Positions 26,270-36,038 of a stretch of 64,000 nt of DNA are shown here, in pieces; positions within the stretch are counted from its first letter, which is position 1, and each line of letters opens with the position of its first letter. The translations under genes and the position numbers were made by a program. The notes beneath the pieces are model-generated. The model saw nothing but the letters and a program-made list of their open reading frames with translations, searched no databases and was not told where the DNA came from. The stretch is from the sequence record OP752703.1; one strand, written 5' to 3'.

Positions 26270-28522
26270 ATGAAGCTGAACCACGACAATAACGCAGCAG
26301 TCTCCACCGGTGCTGAACGCTCGGGTACTTTCGGTATCGCCAATAACGGCAAGGCGTTCAAGGTTCTATCCGATAGCATCTATCAGGATAAGATCGGTTC
26401 GATGATCCGCGAGACTGCTTGTAATGGTCTTGACTCACACATTCAGAATGGCAACCCGGATACCCCGATTCAGATTCACATGCCTGACGCTTTCGAGCCG
26501 TGGTACAGTGTAGAAGATTTCGGTCTAGGTATGTCCCCGGACACCATCGACAACGTTTTCACCGTTTATTTCTCGTCAACCAAGGCTCAGTCCAATGACG
26601 TGATCGGTGCATTCGGCCTAGGCGCAAAGACTCCGTTCGCGTACACTGACAAGTTCACCGTAACGTCTACCCACAATGGTAAGCGCTACCTGTACGCCAT
26701 GTACTACAACGACAACAACGAACCGCAGTCCGACCTGATGGATACTTCCGATGTACCGGAAGGCACCCCGAATGGTGTAAAGATTGAAGTTCCGGTTCTA
26801 CCTGAACACTTCCGCGAATTCCGCGAAGCTCTAAAGAACCAGCTACGTTTCTTTGCAGTAAAGCCGATCATCCTAAATGGTGGTCAGTTCGAGTTCGATG
26901 CAACCCCGCGTGCGCTACTGGAAACTAAGTCGGTAACTGTACTTGACACTGCTGGTATGTCGAGCTATAGTGATCTACGTAAGTCGTTCATCGTGCAGGG
27001 ACCGGTCGGTTACGCAATCGATGAAGCTCTACTAATGCGTCGTATGGAAGAAGCTGTGGATCAGGACTTGGTGCCGGGTCTAACTCGTAAGAACCTAGAG
27101 TTCCTACGTGTCATGCTTCGCACTGCAACGTGGTTCAAGTTTGATATTGGTGAAGTCGGTGTTACTGCATCCCGTGAAGGTGTAGAATATACCAAGCACA
27201 CCATTAAGAATTTCGCTACCAAGCTAATCACTATCCATAAGGAAATGATTGACTACGTAGAAAGTTCGCTAACGGGCGCTAAGACTGCATACGAACGTGT
27301 TAAGCTACTAAACCGTATGACTTCATTCCGTAACCTGATTCAGCATATCGAGATTGATATTGGTAATGCTAAGAAGGATCGTTATGAAGAACATTATTCC
27401 TTCCACTTCTCTGACGCTCCGATCTTTAAGACCGTTGCTAAGAATGCGCAGGGAACTGTAACTCACTCGGTTAACAACTTCCAGATCACGGCCTATGAAC
27501 GTGCGATGGGTGGTAGCCTAAAGACTTCGCGTATGACTGACATTACGCTAACGCCGGATGACAACGATAATATCGTAATCATTCTACGTGACACGAACAG
27601 TCGCCCGATCCTGCGCCTACGCCAGTATTTTGAAACGAATGCTAACGAAAAGCGCGTAATTGTTGTAGCCACCACTGGCGCTATGACCATCTTTGATGGC
27701 GGTGCGGTAAAGAATGCGGTCATTGACGCATTTGGTGGTTTTGATGGCCTAAACGTCATCAATCTAAGTGATTGCCCTGAGCCTCCGGCTGGTAGCTCTG
27801 TACGTAACCGTGCAGCTTACACCCGCCCGACCGGTTACGTAATGCCGAAGCACAGCTTTGCTCTAGACAGCATCGCAAAGTGGAATCGCGTATTCGAGGA
27901 ACCGGACGACCCGGAATTCGGCATGGGTGATGACGGCGTTGAAGTAGAGACTGCGCTTTATGTGCTAGTTGATCGCCAGCGAGTCCAGACGCAAGTCGAT
28001 ACTCGTCTGTTTAACGCTCTAAAGGAAGAAGGAATGCTAGATAGTATTGGTATCTACGGTTTCCGTATCGCCGATGAAGCAAAGCTACAGTCCTCCGGTA
28101 TTAACTGGATCAGTCTGCCCGACTTCCTAGCTGCCAAGCGTGAAGAAATTGCAAAGGATAAGAAGATTAAGCGCTCCGCTTATGCTACCATTGCAAGTGA
28201 CCACGTGAAGCGCAAGGTAAACGTTTCACTGCTAGAGCTTGAAGAAAGTAAGCTAGACTCTAAGTCCGAACTACATAGTCTACGTAAGATTCTAAATGAA
28301 TCTGACAAGATTGTTAACTCGAACGGCGTGTCACATCGTATGCTGGAAATCGCAGGCCATAAACTGCCTAAGACTTTCCTACAGAAGATTGACCGTCTAA
28401 GTAGCAGCTTCGCAGGTAAGAATCCGTTTATCAGTAAGCTACTGCCGTACCACTACAGCCGTCTGGAAGAACGTGATATTGAACACGCTGTGGACTATAT
28501 CAACTGGAACGCCAGCAAGTAA
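26270..28522 (+). CDS. rIIA: rIIA protein (GHKL/Hsp90-like ATPase N-domain)
   Basis: LSDSIYQDKIGSMIRETACNGLDSH, VEDFGLGMS, GAFGLGAK; followed by rIIB. Confidence 0.9.
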   Translation: MKLNHDNNAAVSTGAERSGTFGIANNGKAFKVLSDSIYQDKIGSMIRETACNGLDSHIQNGNPDTPIQIHMPDAFEPWYSVEDFGLGMSPDTIDNVFTVYFSSTKAQSNDVIGAFGLGAKTPFAYTDKFTVTSTHNGKRYLYAMYYNDNNEPQSDLMDTSDVPEGTPNGVKIEVPVLPEHFREFREALKNQLRFFAVKPIILNGGQFEFDATPRALLETKSVTVLDTAGMSSYSDLRKSFIVQGPVGYAIDEALLMRRMEEAVDQDLVPGLTRKNLEFLRVMLRTATWFKFDIGEVGVTASREGVEYTKHTIKNFATKLITIHKEMIDYVESSLTGAKTAYERVKLLNRMTSFRNLIQHIEIDIGNAKKDRYEEHYSFHFSDAPIFKTVAKNAQGTVTHSVNNFQITAYERAMGGSLKTSRMTDITLTPDDNDNIVIILRDTNSRPILRLRQYFETNANEKRVIVVATTGAMTIFDGGAVKNAVIDAFGGFDGLNVINLSDCPEPPAGSSVRNRAAYTRPTGYVMPKHSFALDSIAKWNRVFEEPDDPEFGMGDDGVEVETALYVLVDRQRVQTQVDTRLFNALKEEGMLDSIGIYGFRIADEAKLQSSGINWISLPDFLAAKREEIAKDKKIKRSAYATIASDHVKRKVNVSLLELEESKLDSKSELHSLRKILNESDKIVNSNGVSHRMLEIAGHKLPKTFLQKIDRLSSSFAGKNPFISKLLPYHYSRLEERDIEHAVDYINWNASK

Positions 28523-28528
28523 TCGGGC

Positions 28529-28577
28529 GGGTTGTCAGCAAATAGGTGTTGACAACCCATCCAAAACGAAGTACAAT
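28529..28577 (+). promoter_or_regulatory. sigma70 promoter with -35 in a hairpin arm
   Basis: GGGTTGTCA...TGACAACCC; TTGACA-17-TACAAT. Confidence 0.8.
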
Positions 28578-28612
28578 TCACATCACCAAAACACAACAAG
28601 GAAAACATCCAA

Positions 28613-29626
28613 ATGTCAAACATTAAGTCAGTACGTACCGCCAAGGGCGTTAGCATCTTCCTACCGGGTAAGTCACCTGTCTCCATCGACGTTGGCGCTG
28701 GTAACTATGAAGCTGTCATCGAAGCCCTAAATGCGGGCGACCTAGCCAAGCTAGAGCTAGCCCTAAACATCCGTCAGTACGTTGTTGAACAGAGCTTCGG
28801 TAAGTTCAAGGTTGACGAACGCGGCAACCTAGTTTACGCTCCGGGCAACTACACCCTACCGGCTGAACTAACCGAGTACGTCCTACCGATCCTAAAGAAG
28901 GCCCGCAACGTAGAGCCGATCCTACTATACATCGAGCATCTACTAAGCAACCCGAGCCAGTTTGCTCAGAAGGAACTACTACAGTGGGTTGACAAGGCTA
29001 AGATGCCGATCACCCCGGACGGCCACTTCCTAGCTTACAAGCGCGTTCGTGACGACTACAAGGACGTACACAGCGGCACCATGGACAACTCAGTTGGTCA
29101 GGTAGTCCAGATGCCACGTCTAGCAGTAGACGACGACCGCACCCGTACTTGCTCGGCTGGTCTACACTTCTGCTCCAAGGATTACCTAAGCCACTTCGGC
29201 GGCGACCGTATCGTTGTAGTAAAGATCAACCCGGCTGACGTAGTATCCATCCCGGACGACTACGACTTCACCAAGGGCCGCGCATGGCGCTACGAAGTAG
29301 TTGCTGAACTAAGCACCCTAGACGGCGAGCTAATCCGCGAACTAGACGCTTTCTTCATCGATGAATTCGACAGCCGTGGCGAAGAAGTGGTAGAGCTAAA
29401 GCAGGTTTCAAAGAACGCTCAGGGCGCAGTCAGCCTAACCAAGGTTGTAGCTCCCAAGGCCGACTCGGTAATCGGTAAGACTTCACTAACCGACGATCAG
29501 GTCCGCAAGATTCGCAAGCTACTAAAGCAGGGCGGCACTGTCGCTGGCGTAGCTCGCACCATCGGCACCAGCGAGCGTACCGTCGCCCGCATCCGTGACG
29601 GCGAAACCTACACCAACGTCAAGTAA
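28613..29626 (+). CDS. rIIB: rIIB protein with C-terminal HTH
   Basis: ITPDGHFLAYKRV, CSAGLHFCS, VKINPADVVSIP. Confidence 0.92.
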   Translation: MSNIKSVRTAKGVSIFLPGKSPVSIDVGAGNYEAVIEALNAGDLAKLELALNIRQYVVEQSFGKFKVDERGNLVYAPGNYTLPAELTEYVLPILKKARNVEPILLYIEHLLSNPSQFAQKELLQWVDKAKMPITPDGHFLAYKRVRDDYKDVHSGTMDNSVGQVVQMPRLAVDDDRTRTCSAGLHFCSKDYLSHFGGDRIVVVKINPADVVSIPDDYDFTKGRAWRYEVVAELSTLDGELIRELDAFFIDEFDSRGEEVVELKQVSKNAQGAVSLTKVVAPKADSVIGKTSLTDDQVRKIRKLLKQGGTVAGVARTIGTSERTVARIRDGETYTNVK

Positions 29627-29650
29627 TATTGACCCAAGTGCAAAAAGATG

Positions 29651-29689
29651 AAAAAGGGGCTTGACGGCCCCTTTTTCTTTGCCTATAAT
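29651..29689 (+). promoter_or_regulatory. terminator hairpin whose loop is a -35 box
   Basis: AAAAAGGGGC-TTGACG-GCCCCTTTTT; 17 nt; TATAAT. Confidence 0.8.
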
Positions 29690-29716
29690 TTGCCCATACC
29701 AAACAAGGACGCAAAC

Positions 29717-30859
29717 ATGTTCCAGCACCCGCACTACTCATTCAACGCTGACACTCTGTATGACGAGCTAATGGCTCTGTGCGATGGCAGCGACGTGTTC
29801 TACTTCCAAGATCACACCTACAAGGGTGACACCTACCGCATCTTCAACTACCGTCTGGCTTCCTATGGCGACTTCCTAAAGCCGTCTGCACTGGAATGCC
29901 GTGGTCATACTTTCCGTCTTGTCGAAGGCTACCGTCCGGTACTGGTGTCTCTGCCGATGGAAAAGTTCTTCAACCTAGGCGAGAACCCGTTCACCATGGA
30001 CCTTGATCTGTCGAAGGTCATTCGTGTAGAGGACAAGCGTGACGGTTCGCTAATCTCGACTGTCCTAGGTTTCCCCTCTGACGGCCAGATTCACGTCAAG
30101 TCTAAGGGTTCGTTCACTTCGGATCAGGCTAAGGCTGCATTCAACATGCTGAACTATGGCGACGAGTATTGGGAATTCTCCAAGATTGTTGCGGCTGCTA
30201 TTTCGTTCGGTTACACTGTGAACATGGAATACACTGCACCGTCTAACCAGATCGTGGTAGGATACTCCAAGCCTGCTCTAACTGTCCTGAACATCCGTGA
30301 CAACGCGACCGGTGCTTACATCGATCCGATCAACTTTGGCTTCCCGGCTTACCATGTTGCTGATTATCAGGAACGTGAAGTCGATAAGACTTGGCTGGAA
30401 ATGATCGACCTTGAAACCGGAAAGGAAGGTTACATCCTTGTATTCGACAACGGCCTAAAGGCAAAGGTTAAGAATTCGTGGTACTGCAACCTGCACCTAC
30501 AGAAGGAACAGGTAAGTCAGCCCCGCCGTCTGTTTGAGGCAGTGCTACATGAAACCTCTGACGACCTAAAGACTCTGTTCAAGGAAGACCCTCAGTCTAT
30601 CCAGCGCATTGTTGATATGGAAGTCATGGTGAAGCGTGAGTACAACCGACTTGCAAAGCTTGTCCATACGTTCTACACTGAGAACCATGAACTAAGCCGA
30701 AAGGACTACGCAATCCTAGGCCAGCAGGTACTTGCTCCGCATGGTATCTTCTCCCTAGCGATGAACCTGTTCCTAGGTCAGCCGCATGGTCTAACGGACT
30801 GGATGATTAAGAACTATAAGAAGTTCATCAACGACGAAGGTGTCACTGATGCTGAATAA
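29717..30859 (+). CDS. rnl1: RNA ligase 1 (T4 Rnl1 family)
   Basis: ECRG, KFFNLGE, KRDGSLI, EGY, KVKNSWY; start re-assigned after AAGGA RBS. Confidence 0.9.
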   Translation: MFQHPHYSFNADTLYDELMALCDGSDVFYFQDHTYKGDTYRIFNYRLASYGDFLKPSALECRGHTFRLVEGYRPVLVSLPMEKFFNLGENPFTMDLDLSKVIRVEDKRDGSLISTVLGFPSDGQIHVKSKGSFTSDQAKAAFNMLNYGDEYWEFSKIVAAAISFGYTVNMEYTAPSNQIVVGYSKPALTVLNIRDNATGAYIDPINFGFPAYHVADYQEREVDKTWLEMIDLETGKEGYILVFDNGLKAKVKNSWYCNLHLQKEQVSQPRRLFEAVLHETSDDLKTLFKEDPQSIQRIVDMEVMVKREYNRLAKLVHTFYTENHELSRKDYAILGQQVLAPHGIFSLAMNLFLGQPHGLTDWMIKNYKKFINDEGVTDAE

Positions 30860-31130
30860 GCCGTTTGATATGATGGATGCGTTTACCTCTAAACCGGTAA
30901 GCGCATCTAAGGAAGCTACCGAGTATAACGTGCAGGACTGTGCAGATCGAATCTACGATTTGGACAAGGAGAACTTGACAAAGGAAGAATACCTTGCTAA
31001 AGTTCAATCTATTGTACTGATGGGTATGAGTTGGTCCCATATGAACCAGCAACTCTACATGCAAGAATGTGCAGCCGCAATTGGCCGCATGGCTAATCAA
31101 TATAAACAAAAGAGAGGAATTGATGGCTAA
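30840..31130 (+). CDS. hypothetical protein
   Basis: ORF track. Confidence 0.65.
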   Translation: MSLMLNKPFDMMDAFTSKPVSASKEATEYNVQDCADRIYDLDKENLTKEEYLAKVQSIVLMGMSWSHMNQQLYMQECAAAIGRMANQYKQKRGIDG

Positions 31131-31365
31131 TCGTTTAGAAGATATTGCAAATGTAATCGTTGGACTTGTCCGTGATGCTGATGAAGATTTTGATATTAAC
31201 GCATCTAGAGAAGGCTACGATAACCTTACAAAAAATATTGTAGTAGAGCTTGCTTCGCTAGTGCAGGATGCAACCTATGACTCTAAGATCAGAAATCTTG
31301 CTGAGGCTATTATGGAGCGAGAATTGGCTGAACAAAACAATGGACAAATGACGGATAATAACTAA
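31123..31365 (+). CDS. hypothetical protein
   Basis: GAGG RBS, ATG 31123. Confidence 0.7.
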   Translation: MANRLEDIANVIVGLVRDADEDFDINASREGYDNLTKNIVVELASLVQDATYDSKIRNLAEAIMERELAEQNNGQMTDNN

Positions 31366-31595
31366 TGAAGCACGATCAGGTAATCGAAGACGCCGTAGAG
31401 AACATCATGGAATACACTGGCGTGTACCGTGACATTTACAACAGCGATCACACTGAACGAACTCTAGAAGAAATTCAGAGTTATCAGGAAGGCGTCCGTG
31501 AAGCGATTCGTGGACAACTCTGTAAGGTTGCTGTAGAGGCTAGCAGGAACATGAATCTTGCCCAGCTTTGCGTAGCTCGCGGTGTTAAGCACTAA
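31365..31595 (+). CDS. hypothetical protein
   Basis: TAATG coupling. Confidence 0.7.
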   Translation: MKHDQVIEDAVENIMEYTGVYRDIYNSDHTERTLEEIQSYQEGVREAIRGQLCKVAVEASRNMNLAQLCVARGVKH

Positions 31596-31616
31596 TCACA
31601 AATCAGTCACATCATC

Positions 31617-31668
31617 TTGACACGAAGGCCCTAGTCTAGTACACTAGGGCCTTCTTTGTTACTAAATA
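31617..31668 (+). promoter_or_regulatory. terminator hairpin overlapping a sigma70-like promoter, then a late-type CTAAATA
   Basis: TTGACA-17-TACACT within GAAGGCCCTAGT...ACTAGGGCCTTC-TTTG. Confidence 0.65.
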
Positions 31669-31734
31669 ACCATTCAAGAGGAAAATTATAAGCTAGATTA
31701 AAAACTAGAACGCCAACAATAGAAGGAAAAATCT

Positions 31735-32443
31735 ATGCGTGAACTACTAACCGAAGGACGGTAACACTAGTCCCTTCATTACGAAAGCAGCAGCGATTAT
31801 CCTTTCAATAACACTGACGGTTATTGGAAGCGTTTCAGAAGCCCACGCAAGTGACTCTGGAATGATTGCCGCAAAACCGGCAGCGATTATGACTTTAACA
31901 ACGTTCGATAAGAACAACGCTATTGACATTTTCGGTTTGCCAAAGAGGGAATCAGTTATTCTCCCTCAACAAATAGAAATGCCAAAGCTAGATGATCCCC
32001 TAGCAAACTTCATTAGGAATCCAGACTTTGTGCTGGGAGAAGAACATTCTCACGCTGATTCCCGCATCCCCTCCCTCGCTGGTCTTGTTACATCTGCCTT
32101 CGGTTACAGGAAACATCCTGTCAAGGGCAAAGTCAAGCACCACAACGGCATCGACCTAGCCGCTAAATTAGGCACACCGGTATTCGCACCGGCATCGGGT
32201 ACAGTCATCTTCGCTGGTACGAAGAACGGCTACGGAAACGTTGTAGAAATCGACCACGGAAATGGTTACGTATCTCTACTTGCCCACCACTCCAAACTCT
32301 TAGTAAAGGTTGGAGACTTAGTAACTGCTGCTACCGAGATTGCGAAAGCAGGTAGGACAGGTATCGCCACTGGCGTCCATGTTCATGTAGAGCTAAGAAA
32401 AGACGGAAGATTGATTAATCCCATATCCTACGTTGCGAAGTGA
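31735..32443 (+). CDS. M23 family peptidoglycan endopeptidase; N-terminus apparently split by a +1 frameshift
   Basis: HNGIDL and HVHVE M23 motifs; signal-like segment upstream of first in-frame ATG (31862). Confidence 0.85.
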
Positions 32444-32448
32444 CAAAG

Positions 32449-32480
32449 AAAAAGCCCCGGACCTCTTGCCGGGGCTTTGT
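32449..32480. terminator. bidirectional terminator
   Basis: AAAGCCCCGG...CCGGGGCTTT. Confidence 0.8.
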
Positions 32481-32494
32481 CGTTTAAGGGAGAT

Positions 32495-32863
32495 TTACTT
32501 AGGGTAGTAACATGTAGCAACATGCTTATTACAACTGCTATCTAGCTTAATGGATGAGATTCGCTTATTGGTCTTCCATTTCTCTACAATATCATCACCA
32601 ATCCTATACGTGTATCCTAGTTCATCGCCGACACTAATATTCTTACCGGGCCAGTTATTGAACGACATACGATAGAATCGACCGCCATCTAGTTGTACGT
32701 TACATTCAAAGTAATACTTGCCAGCATAACAGTTCTGAACGGCTGTTACAGTTCCGATGGATTCATATTTACTTACATAATGTTCATTGGGGCCGATGAC
32801 TCGGATACAGCCCGATAGTGCCACGGTGGATAGTGCTGCGAGTAGTAGGGTTTTAATCTTCAT
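32495..32863 (-). CDS. putative lipoprotein
   Basis: LSG-C lipobox. Confidence 0.75.
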   Translation of the reverse strand: MKIKTLLLAALSTVALSGCIRVIGPNEHYVSKYESIGTVTAVQNCYAGKYYFECNVQLDGGRFYRMSFNNWPGKNISVGDELGYTYRIGDDIVEKWKTNKRISSIKLDSSCNKHVATCYYPK

Positions 32864-32877
32864 AGTTAACGCCTGCG

Positions 32878-33141
32878 TTAGGACTTATTAGGGGTGGTTG
32901 TTACGTGGCGGTATAGGTTGATCGCCACATCGTTAAACTGCTGGCCTTGAATGGTACGCATGTGTCCAGTCTTGGCATTGGCAGCTAGCATCACTTTCTT
33001 ACCAGTAACACCAGCAACCCCGATCAGGTTATAGCCTGCGAGGCTGGGACAGTTAGAGGGGAATGGGTTTCCTACCCACTTGCTAGCCAGTTCTTCCTTG
33101 AAAGTATTACTGCTTAGATCATCACTTTCAATATACGTCAT
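32878..33141 (-). CDS. hypothetical protein
   Basis: start re-assigned to MTYIES. Confidence 0.6.
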   Translation of the reverse strand: MTYIESDDLSSNTFKEELASKWVGNPFPSNCPSLAGYNLIGVAGVTGKKVMLAANAKTGHMRTIQGQQFNDVAINLYRHVTTTPNKS

Positions 33142-33391
33142 TTGATTTCTGTAGGGCCTCTTCAATAATTTCATCTTCTGCAAACAGAGTGTTCTGCATG
33201 CGTCTAACATTTACGCGTTCAGATTCGTTCATACCACGCATGTCGATAGAATACAACTTGTCGTACAGTTGCCAGTTGAACATGGTCAATTTTACGCCTT
33301 CGCGCAGGGTTAGTCCAGTCAATGCTCGCGCATACGACTTAATGGAGTATTCAGGTAAGATTTCGTCAATCGTGATAACAGAATCAGTCAT
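33128..33391 (-). CDS. hypothetical protein
   Basis: start re-assigned to MTDSVI. Confidence 0.6.
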   Translation of the reverse strand: MTDSVITIDEILPEYSIKSYARALTGLTLREGVKLTMFNWQLYDKLYSIDMRGMNESERVNVRRMQNTLFAEDEIIEEALQKSNDVY

Positions 33392-33508
33392 AGGCAATAT
33401 TCCATGGGGGCCATTGTAGCACAAAAATAATAGTTTGCAAGGGGTTGACTCGTTATAATTTATCTGGCAAAATGGGATGGAAGGACGGGGGACTAGATAA
33501 ATATCCGC

Positions 33509-34357
33509 ATGACCCAATCTTTCAAACAATTTCTAATCGAGGCACGCATTGCTGCCCCTACTACCCTTGTAACTCAGGTGATGAACGTCGCTGCAAGCGC
33601 TCTGTTTAGCCTTGCGTACTCCCAAGATGGGGGTATGGACGATGATATGCGCGTTTTTATGACGCAAATGAAGAAAAAGTACGGAAATTTCCGTGTTTTT
33701 AAGCTTTCTGAGGGCCAACCACTGGTCGTAACGCTCCAATTTGACCCAAAAGAGCTTCCAGAACGCTATACAAAGGGCATTAAACTACAAAAATCCTACC
33801 CGATCAAGGTAAAAGTGGGTGCTTTAGGGGCTACAGAGGACCAACATATGGCCTATTACACCCCCATGGGTCGTGGTCAGAGTGGTGGAATCACCATAAA
33901 CCTGTCCAACCTACCAGAAATCGACTCCATTGGCTCTGTAGAGGGCATGGAAGCCGCCCTAGACAATCTAGAGGGGTCAGTACCGCATGAGGTACAGCAC
34001 GCCACACAGGACGTTGTGCTGCGTAAGAGACATAGTAGCCAGTTCGAGCTACCGAATGAGGGGGATACTGATGATGACTACTACGCATCACAGGTCGAAT
34101 TCCAACCGCAGATCACTACAGCGGGGAATGACTTCAAAAGAATGCTAAAGCAGATGCGTAATGCGGGGGTAGAGGTATCAGGGGATGCGGCTCAACAACT
34201 CTTTAGAGTATTCGTAGGAGCTTCCAACCAGATGCCGCAGGGTATGTTGAAGTGGAAGAGCTACTTTGACAGTCCGTTCTACAAGTCACTACGCCAGAAT
34301 GACGGCGACAAATGGAAAAAGGCGGTGAAGGAGCTTCACCGCCATCTAGGTTCTTAA
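33509..34357 (+). CDS. late protein with HExxH zinc-metallopeptidase motif
   Basis: VPHEVQHAT; GATAAATA upstream; MTQSFKQFLIE leader. Confidence 0.7.
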   Translation: MTQSFKQFLIEARIAAPTTLVTQVMNVAASALFSLAYSQDGGMDDDMRVFMTQMKKKYGNFRVFKLSEGQPLVVTLQFDPKELPERYTKGIKLQKSYPIKVKVGALGATEDQHMAYYTPMGRGQSGGITINLSNLPEIDSIGSVEGMEAALDNLEGSVPHEVQHATQDVVLRKRHSSQFELPNEGDTDDDYYASQVEFQPQITTAGNDFKRMLKQMRNAGVEVSGDAAQQLFRVFVGASNQMPQGMLKWKSYFDSPFYKSLRQNDGDKWKKAVKELHRHLGS

Positions 34358-34360
34358 GTT

Positions 34361-34564
34361 TTATTTAATCTTTACAACAGGGGCATCGGTGCGTAGGTCG
34401 TTACCTACTCTTAGCACTGTATGCCCCTTTGCGTTTATGGTGACTTCTGCAAAGGGTTCACGTTCATTTAGTCGTTGCACCTTGACAGAGCGGCAGAAGA
34501 CTGCCGCATATTCATTTTCGATCCCTAGCTGTGCAAGCACATCATGGCGAAAACTCATTGTCAT
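34361..34564 (-). CDS. hypothetical protein
   Basis: ORF track. Confidence 0.6.
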   Translation of the reverse strand: MTMSFRHDVLAQLGIENEYAAVFCRSVKVQRLNEREPFAEVTINAKGHTVLRVGNDLRTDAPVVKIK

Positions 34565-34570
34565 TGACCT

Positions 34571-34768
34571 TTAAGCGTCGAGTACCTTGCCGGTGTGGTC
34601 AAGAATGAAGACGCGAGGGCTATTAGCCATCTTCACTAGATCACGGTGAATGTCTAGTAGAGTCTGACGCTTCTTGGTTGCCGGGTCATACGTTTCCTTT
34701 AGAGCCTTAAACTCGTAGTGGGTGCCGTTGTTGACGAAAGTGAACTTGAATTCTTTGTGGGTCTTCAT
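34571..34768 (-). CDS. hypothetical protein
   Basis: ORF track. Confidence 0.65.
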   Translation of the reverse strand: MKTHKEFKFTFVNNGTHYEFKALKETYDPATKKRQTLLDIHRDLVKMANSPRVFILDHTGKVLDA

Positions 34769-34899
34769 AGGGGTAGTGCCTTTATTTCTGTAGTTATAGG
34801 AATGGGGTTAGTGTTTGAAAGTGTAGCAATTGCGAGTGAGGTTTACAAGGGGCAGTCACTACAACCTGCCCCCGTCTATGAAGAGTGTTGCGGTATTAC

Positions 34900-35427
34900 T
34901 TAGAAAGTGTCGTCTTCCATGTAATCCGGGTAATCGATCACGCTTAGGGCTTCGCCTGCGGCATTTAGCGCTTCCTGCACGGCCTTGAATTCCGGGCTGG
35001 AATGGAAGTTGTTCATTAGGTTAATGTAGTCGCGGTAAGCCGCTTCGTATGCCTTACTGGCTGCGTCCTGAGCCTTCCACTTGACAGACTTGGCCTTACG
35101 GACCTGTTCATTGTAGGTCTTGACGATTAGGCCCGGAATCTGATCCAGAGTAGTGCCAGCCGGGAAGGTAACTGAGCCAGTTTCCGCACCGATGTTGGTG
35201 TTGGCCTGAGCTAGCTCTAGGCGAGACTTAGCGATGGCTAGACCGGACTTGCGCTTGAACACTGCGTGGTCAGTCGGATGGCAGGAGGCAACACCGTACT
35301 GGACAACCTGCTCACCGGCTTCATTGCGAACGGCGGTGAAAGCGACAGATAGCTTCGGCTTGTTCGGGTTGATGGTCGAACCCTTTAGGCCAGTGTTGGT
35401 GTAGAAGTTACGAACTAGAACGGTCAT
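34900..35427 (-). CDS. hypothetical protein, highly biased codon usage
   Basis: AAGGA RBS; YGVASCHPTD..FKRKSGL. Confidence 0.8.
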   Translation of the reverse strand: MTVLVRNFYTNTGLKGSTINPNKPKLSVAFTAVRNEAGEQVVQYGVASCHPTDHAVFKRKSGLAIAKSRLELAQANTNIGAETGSVTFPAGTTLDQIPGLIVKTYNEQVRKAKSVKWKAQDAASKAYEAAYRDYINLMNNFHSSPEFKAVQEALNAAGEALSVIDYPDYMEDDTF

Positions 35428-35501
35428 GCGATTTCCTTTAATTAGGAGTTGATTAGGAGATTTAAAGTTTACAGCAGTTTTTCAGTTTGTCAACTGGAAT
35501 T

Positions 35502-36038
35502 TTACTTCCAGTCGATTAGAACACAGGTCTTGTCTTTGATGCGCAGCCAGATGGCCTTAAAGAATTGCTTGACAGCACCATCAACCTTGGTTTCGCCCAA
35601 GTAATACTTTGAACTATAGTACCACGTATTGAACTCTTCGTCAGTAATTTCTTTCTTGTGAAGCTTATTAGTCCATTCACGATATTCACTTTCGTAAATG
35701 TATCGCTTCTTATCATGCCAGATATCAAGACGATATACAAGATACTTACTGCCTGCAATCAGTACAGCAGCCACTAGGATCAGCGTGTGTACGAACACGA
35801 TAGCATGTGCGCGATGTTCTGCACCATAGTAGGCCGTCATTGCACTCAGATCATACAGGAAGAAGATCGGTGCGAATACAGCATACAGGACAGCGGAGAT
35901 AACCGCAAGACCTACTAGGTAGAGCAGAGTCAAACCCACAATGTGCTTGCCTAGTTCACACACAGTGTTCGGTAGTTGATGCTTGTATTGAATACCGAGG
36001 TAATGGCGGATGAACCAGTGATTAGGGTCGATCTTCAT
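35502..36038 (-). CDS. membrane protein (paralogue of next gene)
   Basis: MKID..WF.R.YLG...P..VC.L, C-terminal K.C. Confidence 0.75.
   Translation of the reverse strand: MKIDPNHWFIRHYLGIQYKHQLPNTVCELGKHIVGLTLLYLVGLAVISAVLYAVFAPIFFLYDLSAMTAYYGAEHRAHAIVFVHTLILVAAVLIAGSKYLVYRLDIWHDKKRYIYESEYREWTNKLHKKEITDEEFNTWYYSSKYYLGETKVDGAVKQFFKAIWLRIKDKTCVLIDWK

Noticed and set aside
27493-28730. ORFs 27493..27762, 28473..28730, 28495..28686
   Set aside because: Antisense or out-of-frame overlaps of rIIA/rIIB.
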